From: a bacterium | GTDB taxonomy: Bacteria > Patescibacteriota > Minisyncoccia > Phycocordibacterales > UBA9973 | Direction: 5' to 3' | Length of the DNA: 64,000 nt | Assembly: GCA_037130655.1 (NCBI GenBank) | Contig: JBAXSP010000001.1 | Coordinates: 101,830-165,829, forward strand | Shown: positions 59,107-64,000 of the stretch, piece by piece | Layout of the letters: each line of letters begins with the position of its first letter | Position numbering within the stretch: the first letter of the stretch is position 1 | Program-made: the position numbers and the translations under genes | The notes under the pieces: model-generated | What the model saw: the letters and a program-made list of their open reading frames with translations, nothing else | Told to the model about the DNA's origin: nothing | The model's database searches: none

Positions 59107-59197
59107 TGACCAAGGACTAATAAAAATAATAAAATAAAAGATGCGGACCGAAGGTCCGCATCTTTTATTAGTCACTAGTAATTGGTCACTGGTCATT
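59091..59197. repeat. Inverted heptamer arrays flanking a palindrome
   Basis: AATTACC AATGACT AATGACC AAGGACT / aataaaagatgcggacc-gaa-ggtccgcatcttttatt / AGTCACT AGTAATT GGTCACT GGTCATT. Confidence 0.9.
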
Positions 59198-59203
59198 ATT
59201 TTT

Positions 59204-60862
59204 TTATTTCTTTTTTCTGTGTTCCGTAGACGCTTTGATGAAAGCAGAGAATACTGGATGTGGAGCAAGTGGTCGTCCTTTGAATTCTGGATGAAATTGT
59301 ACGCCAATCATAAAAGGATGAATACTTGTCGGCAACTCGGCAATTTCACAAAGTGACCCATCGGGAGATTTTCCAGAGAATATAAGTCCTGCTTTTTCGA
59401 GTTGTTCTACATAGTGTGGATTGACTTCGAATCGATGTCGGTGACGTTCTGAAATAGTTGTTTGCTTGTAGGCATTGTATGCAAGTGTTCCCTTTTTCAA
59501 AACTGCTTCATATGCACCGAGTCGCATTGAGCCACCATACCGATTTTCATCCATGAGCGATTTCTGATGTTCCATAATATCAATAACAAGATGCTTTGAT
59601 TTTGGATCAACTTCACGAGTATGTGCATCTTTCCATCCAAGCACATTGCGTGCGTATTCGATGACCATAAGTTGCATTCCATAACAAATACCGAAATATG
59701 GAATATTATTTTTGCGACAATATTCAATCACTTTCAATTTGCCGTCGACACCACGAGAACCAAATCCTCCTGGCACAAGCACCCCGTCGTAATCACTAAG
59801 CTTTTTTAATTTCTTTGCATCCTTTTCAAAATCAAGCGCGTTGACCCATTCGAGCACTGGACGTTTCTTTTGTGCATAACAAGAATATTTGAGTGATTCA
59901 ATCACTGACAAATATGAATCTGACAACGTGAAGTCTCCCGTATCAAAATATTTTCCGATGATGGCGATACGAACTTCGTCCTTCAATCCTTTTGTACTTT
60001 TGACAAACTTTTGCCATTCTTTTGGTTGTTTGTTTTCGGTTGGAATTTTGACGCCAAGTGTATTCAAGATGCGATCACCAAATAATTCTTTTTCAAAGTT
60101 GAGTGGAATGTCATAGACACTGTCTACATCTGGTGCAGAAATAACATTATCTTTTGGTACGTTACAAAAGAGTGCGATTTTTTCTTTGCGAACATCATCA
60201 AGTGGTCGCTCCGCGCGACAAAGAAGAAAATCAGGAAAAATACCAGCCGAGTTCAATGTACGTACGGCGTATTGCGTTGGCTTGGTTTTCATTTCACCGA
60301 CTTTTGATGGAATCGGTAAATATGAGACCATTACTGTTGCGACATCATGTGGAAGTTGTGTTTTCATCATACGAAGTCCTTCAAGGAAAAGCATACTTTG
60401 ATATTCACCAACCGTTCCACCAATTTCAATAATCGTGAAATCAGCTTTTGCATTATGACTTGCCTTCTTGATTCGCTCAATCATTTCCATCGGCACATGC
60501 GGAACCACTTCGACACATTTGCCTTTATAATGCATGGCGCGCTCTTTTTCAATCACCGACAGATAGACACGACCCGTTGTCATATAGTTGATCTTTGTAA
60601 TATCGATATCCAAAAATCGTTCGTAGTTGCCGATGTCTTGATCTGTCTCATCACCATCATCAGTCACAAACACTTCTCCGTGTTCTGTCGGATTCATCGT
60701 ACCCGCATCGACATTGATATACGGATCAATTTTAAGTGCGGTGACTCGAAACCCTTTGTCTTTCAAAATGCGACCTATTGATGCAGCTGCAATTCCTTTT
60801 CCAACGGAAGACATTACACCTCCAACGACGAAGATGTATTTTGTAAGTGGTTCTTTCGGCAT
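59204..60862 (-). CDS. pyrG: CTP synthase
   Basis: KIDPYINVDAGTMNPTEHGEVFV, KTKPTQ, ERHRHRFEVN, QFHPE. Confidence 0.98.
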   Translation of the reverse strand: MPKEPLTKYIFVVGGVMSSVGKGIAAASIGRILKDKGFRVTALKIDPYINVDAGTMNPTEHGEVFVTDDGDETDQDIGNYERFLDIDITKINYMTTGRVYLSVIEKERAMHYKGKCVEVVPHVPMEMIERIKKASHNAKADFTIIEIGGTVGEYQSMLFLEGLRMMKTQLPHDVATVMVSYLPIPSKVGEMKTKPTQYAVRTLNSAGIFPDFLLCRAERPLDDVRKEKIALFCNVPKDNVISAPDVDSVYDIPLNFEKELFGDRILNTLGVKIPTENKQPKEWQKFVKSTKGLKDEVRIAIIGKYFDTGDFTLSDSYLSVIESLKYSCYAQKKRPVLEWVNALDFEKDAKKLKKLSDYDGVLVPGGFGSRGVDGKLKVIEYCRKNNIPYFGICYGMQLMVIEYARNVLGWKDAHTREVDPKSKHLVIDIMEHQKSLMDENRYGGSMRLGAYEAVLKKGTLAYNAYKQTTISERHRHRFEVNPHYVEQLEKAGLIFSGKSPDGSLCEIAELPTSIHPFMIGVQFHPEFKGRPLAPHPVFSAFIKASTEHRKKK

Positions 60863-60874
60863 ATAACGTAAAAA

Positions 60875-61801
60875 TTATTTAGTAAGATATTTTCTAACGG
60901 CCCAAACACTTGAGATTGCCGAGATAATTGCTCCGGCAATCAAAATAATAAAGAAGATTTGAAAAATGTTTGAGATGTAGTAACTAAACAGATTTACTCC
61001 CAAGAAGTCAGAAAGATTACTACCTGCCCAAATGGTGAGCGGAATAAATGCGAGAATAGTAATGAAGGTGCCAATAACACCTGAAAGTAATCCTTCCACA
61101 ATAAATGGACCACGGATATATTTGTTTTCAGCACCAACCAACCGCATCACACCGATTTCTTCACGAGAAGTATAGATTGCAAGACGAATAGTGTTGTACG
61201 TAATCAACACAGACACGAGGGCAAGAATGAGTGTCACCGCAAAACCAAGTTTTTTACCACCATCAATAATCACATTGAGCCTGTCGATAATATCTTTGTT
61301 TTGTGAATAATTGATACGTTCGACACTACCAGTGTACTGTGCCATTGCATCATTTTCACTTTCTAAAAATCGAGCAATACTTTCATATTGACCAGAATCT
61401 TTTGCACGAACATTCAATATTGCACCGAGTGGATTACCGTTCAATTCTGATAACGCTTGTAATGTCACATAGTCATTGGCGTGACGAATACGAAAATCTT
61501 CGAGCGCTTTGTCGCGAGAGACATATTCAACAGAACCAACTTCGGGCAATTGTTCGAGTGATTGTTTGAGTGACAATACTTTCTCTTCCGGTGTATCGGT
61601 AGTCATATACACAGAGATATCAACGCGATTTTTCAAATCAGCGAGCGATGATTGGAGTAGTGCTTGAAAGAGCACGATAAAAGCAATCACTGAAAGCGTA
61701 ATTGTCATCACGAGCACTGAAGCAAGCGAAACGGTACCGTTTCTTCTAAAGTTAAGAATTCCGCCACGAATAATTCTTTTAAATCCAAGTGTGTTTCTCA
61801 T
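60875..61801 (-). CDS. ftsX: Cell division permease FtsX
   Basis: NTIRLAI..REEIGVMRLVGA..IRGPF; follows ftsE. Confidence 0.95.
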   Translation of the reverse strand: MRNTLGFKRIIRGGILNFRRNGTVSLASVLVMTITLSVIAFIVLFQALLQSSLADLKNRVDISVYMTTDTPEEKVLSLKQSLEQLPEVGSVEYVSRDKALEDFRIRHANDYVTLQALSELNGNPLGAILNVRAKDSGQYESIARFLESENDAMAQYTGSVERINYSQNKDIIDRLNVIIDGGKKLGFAVTLILALVSVLITYNTIRLAIYTSREEIGVMRLVGAENKYIRGPFIVEGLLSGVIGTFITILAFIPLTIWAGSNLSDFLGVNLFSYYISNIFQIFFIILIAGAIISAISSVWAVRKYLTK

Positions 61802-61807
61802 ATACGA

Positions 61808-62500
61808 TTATTTTTTATTAGTTATTGGATAAGATCCGACTTTTTGATCATTGATAATCTTTCCTTTTTCAAAAGTAATAACACGACGACCAATACTATC
61901 AATCACCTCTTTGTTGTGTGTAGTCAAAATAACAGTTGTTCCTAGGTCGTTGATTTTTTTCAAAATTTGAACGACTTCATAGGCATTTACTGGATCGAGG
62001 TTCCCTGTCGGCTCATCAGCAATAATCACTTCTGGTTGATTGATGATGGCACGAGCGATAGCCAAGCGTTGTTTTTCTCCGCCTGACATTTGATGTGGAA
62101 AATTAAAAATCTTTGTTGTGAGATCAACAAGTTCAAGTACGTGAGGTACATCATTTTGAATTTCTTCATCAGACTTTCCTGAAGCCTCCATTGCAAACGC
62201 AATATTTTCGTACGCATTTTTATTTGCCAACAATTTGAAATCCTGAAAGACCGTACCGATACGACGACGATATTTTGTCACTTCAGTATTTGAAAGTCGG
62301 TGCACATCGATAGATTCGAAATACACAGAACCGTCAGTTGGTTTTTCTTCAGCAAGCAATAATTTTGTCAGTGTTGTTTTACCGGCACCAGAATGTCCGA
62401 TAATACTGACAAACTCACCTTGTTCGATTGAGAGCGTAACATCATCTAATGCCAAAGTACCATCTTGATATACCTTGGACACATTTTCGAATTGAATCAT
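61808..62500 (-). CDS. ftsE: Cell division ATP-binding protein FtsE
   Basis: GHSGAGKTT, VFQDFKLL, SGGEKQR, ADEPTGNLDP. Confidence 0.95.
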   Translation of the reverse strand: MIQFENVSKVYQDGTLALDDVTLSIEQGEFVSIIGHSGAGKTTLTKLLLAEEKPTDGSVYFESIDVHRLSNTEVTKYRRRIGTVFQDFKLLANKNAYENIAFAMEASGKSDEEIQNDVPHVLELVDLTTKIFNFPHQMSGGEKQRLAIARAIINQPEVIIADEPTGNLDPVNAYEVVQILKKINDLGTTVILTTHNKEVIDSIGRRVITFEKGKIINDQKVGSYPITNKK

Positions 62501-62508
62501 AGGTATTA

Positions 62509-63387
62509 TTATACCTTCTTTAATGACTCTATCAAACCTTCGATTTCCCCATCTTCGAGAATTGCTCCTACATTTGAAGATTCATAATTGCTTCGTAAAT
62601 CTTTGACCAATTTATATGGATGCAATACATAGTTACGAATTTGATTTCCCCATTCAATATCAGTATTTTTGGCAGTGTGCATACTTTCTACCAAATCTTT
62701 GTGTTCGTCTTCGGCTTTTTTGAATAATTTGCCACGCAACAATTCCATCGCTTTTTCACGATTGGCTTCTTGACTTCGTTCTTCACGAGACGCAGTTGTG
62801 ATACCCGTCGGCTTGTGTGTAATGCGTACAGCAGTTTCTCGTTTGTTCACATTCTGACCTCCAGGACCACCTGCTTTGGTAAAATCAACTTCTACATCTC
62901 TTTCATCAAGTTCTGGCATTGCATGTTTTTCGATTTTTGGAATTACTTCAACTAAGACAAAACTAGTACTGCGTTTTCCTTTTGCGTTGAACGGACTATT
63001 GCGAACAAGTCGGTGTACACCACTTTCGTGTTTCAAACTTCCGTACACATTCTTGCCGGTAATTTCGAGTGTGATATTTTTGAAACCTTTTTGATCATTT
63101 TCACTTTTAGATAAGATAGTTGAAGAAAAATTATTCCGTGCAAAATACTTCTCATACATTTCATACAACATCCGCGCAAAATCTTCTGCGTCGTCCCCGC
63201 CCGCACCAGAGATAATCGACATAATAGCTCCACCGCGATCAAAAGCACCGAATCCTTCTTTCTTGTCTTTCAATTCTTGTAATTCTTTGATGAGTGACTG
63301 TGCCTGATTTTTGTCATTCCAAAAATCTGCACCTGCCATGGCGTTTTCGATTTCTGTAATACGTAGATTGATTTCGTCTGAATTCAT
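62509..63387 (-). CDS. prfB: Peptide chain release factor 2 (short form)
   Basis: SPF tripeptide, [12 protein letters not shown]; start ATG 63387 (the longer ORF overlaps the tRNA). Confidence 0.93.
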   Translation of the reverse strand: MNSDEINLRITEIENAMAGADFWNDKNQAQSLIKELQELKDKKEGFGAFDRGGAIMSIISGAGGDDAEDFARMLYEMYEKYFARNNFSSTILSKSENDQKGFKNITLEITGKNVYGSLKHESGVHRLVRNSPFNAKGKRSTSFVLVEVIPKIEKHAMPELDERDVEVDFTKAGGPGGQNVNKRETAVRITHKPTGITTASREERSQEANREKAMELLRGKLFKKAEDEHKDLVESMHTAKNTDIEWGNQIRNYVLHPYKLVKDLRSNYESSNVGAILEDGEIEGLIESLKKV

Positions 63388-63390
63388 TTG

Positions 63391-63463
63391 AGCCATTGTC
63401 GGGAATCGAACCCGAGACCTCATTCTTACCATGAATGCGCTCTACCGACTGAGCTACAACGGC
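63391..63463 (-). tRNA. tRNA-Thr(GGT)
   Basis: GCCGTTG/CAATGGC-T acceptor, CATTC-ATGGTAA-GAATG anticodon arm, TTCGATT T-loop. Confidence 0.95.
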
Positions 63464-63610
63464 TGATTTTTCCTACAAAGAAAAATCATGTCGGAAGAAT
63501 TTTTATGGCAAAGCCATATAAAATTTTCCGACTAATTTTCCTCTCATAAATTCGCGTCGAAAGATTTTTATCAACGAAGTTGTTAAAAATTTTCGACGAA
63601 ATTTTTCTTA
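63464..63610 (-). repeat. Multi-hairpin element abutting tRNA-Thr 5' end, copy 2
   Basis: Homologous to 7535-7660; contains two related GTCG...CGAC hairpins. Confidence 0.85.
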
Positions 63611-63665
63611 TAATGAAAGAATATCCCAATACTATAGTATTTTATGGCTTTTTTCAACAACAGGC

Positions 63666-63693
63666 TTGCTAAAAATACTTTTTACTATATAAT
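63666..63693 (+). promoter_or_regulatory. sigma70 promoter of tRNA cluster
   Basis: TTGCTA-16 nt-TATAAT. Confidence 0.6.
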
Positions 63694-63722
63694 GGCAACA
63701 TACTTTAACAGTATAACTCTAT

Positions 63723-63793
63723 CGCGGGTTAGAGGAACGGTACCTCATCAGGCTCATAACCTGGGGAACCCGGTTCGACTCCGGGACCCGCAA
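63723..63793 (+). tRNA. Initiator tRNA-fMet(CAT)
   Basis: C1:A72 mismatch, CTCATAA loop, TTCGACT T-loop. Confidence 0.9.
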
Positions 63794-63860
63794 CAATTCG
63801 GCAAGTGACATGCCACAGTCTATTGTGTCTATTGCCGAAAATTTGGTATTTTTAAATATT

Positions 63861-63934
63861 GTCGATGTAGCTCAGTTGGTTAGAGCGTAGCACTCATAAA
63901 GCTAAGGTCGGAGGATCGTTCCCTCCCATCGACA
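63861..63934 (+). tRNA. tRNA with CAT anticodon (elongator Met or Ile2)
   Basis: GTCGATG/CATCGAC-A acceptor, CTCATAA loop, atypical ATCGTTC T-loop. Confidence 0.85.
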
Positions 63935-64000
63935 CCCCGATGGTAAATCAGATGATGACTCATCTGATTTTGAGGGAACGATGACCTTGAGTTTATCGCG

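Noticed and set aside
63388-63432. N-terminal extension of prfB in the ORF track
   Set aside because: It is a translation of the tRNA-Thr gene

Overview
Bacterial chromosomal segment, standard genetic code, AT-rich. Gene content and style (compact housekeeping genes, short SMC, NusB-NUDIX fusion, monomeric PheRS, S74-chaperone surface protein, few Shine-Dalgarno sites) suggest Patescibacteria/CPR (Parcubacteria-like). It carries core genes (tgt, mreBC, proS, rpsB-tsf, rpoD-dnaG-rpoC-rpoB, trmD-khpA-rpsP, rnr, smc-rnc-nusB-rpmF, thrS, gyrB, pheS, trhO, pyrG, ftsEX, prfB), five tRNAs and scattered AT-rich single-gene insertions (HNH, Hhe-like helicase-nuclease, four-helix-bundle gene). The most unusual signal is in the intergenic DNA. 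Several small structured element families each occur twice with compensatory base changes. One family sits in gene 3' ends between synonymously recoded copies of the terminal codons. A tRNA-Gln is nested inside a second, interrupted tRNA-Gln shell. Inverted 7-mer and 9-mer tandem arrays bracket palindromes and a four-helix-bundle gene. A roughly 320-nt promoter/terminator-bounded unit without a long ORF contains a 21-mer matching the 23S rRNA helix 11 region. All folds and alignments were done by eye.
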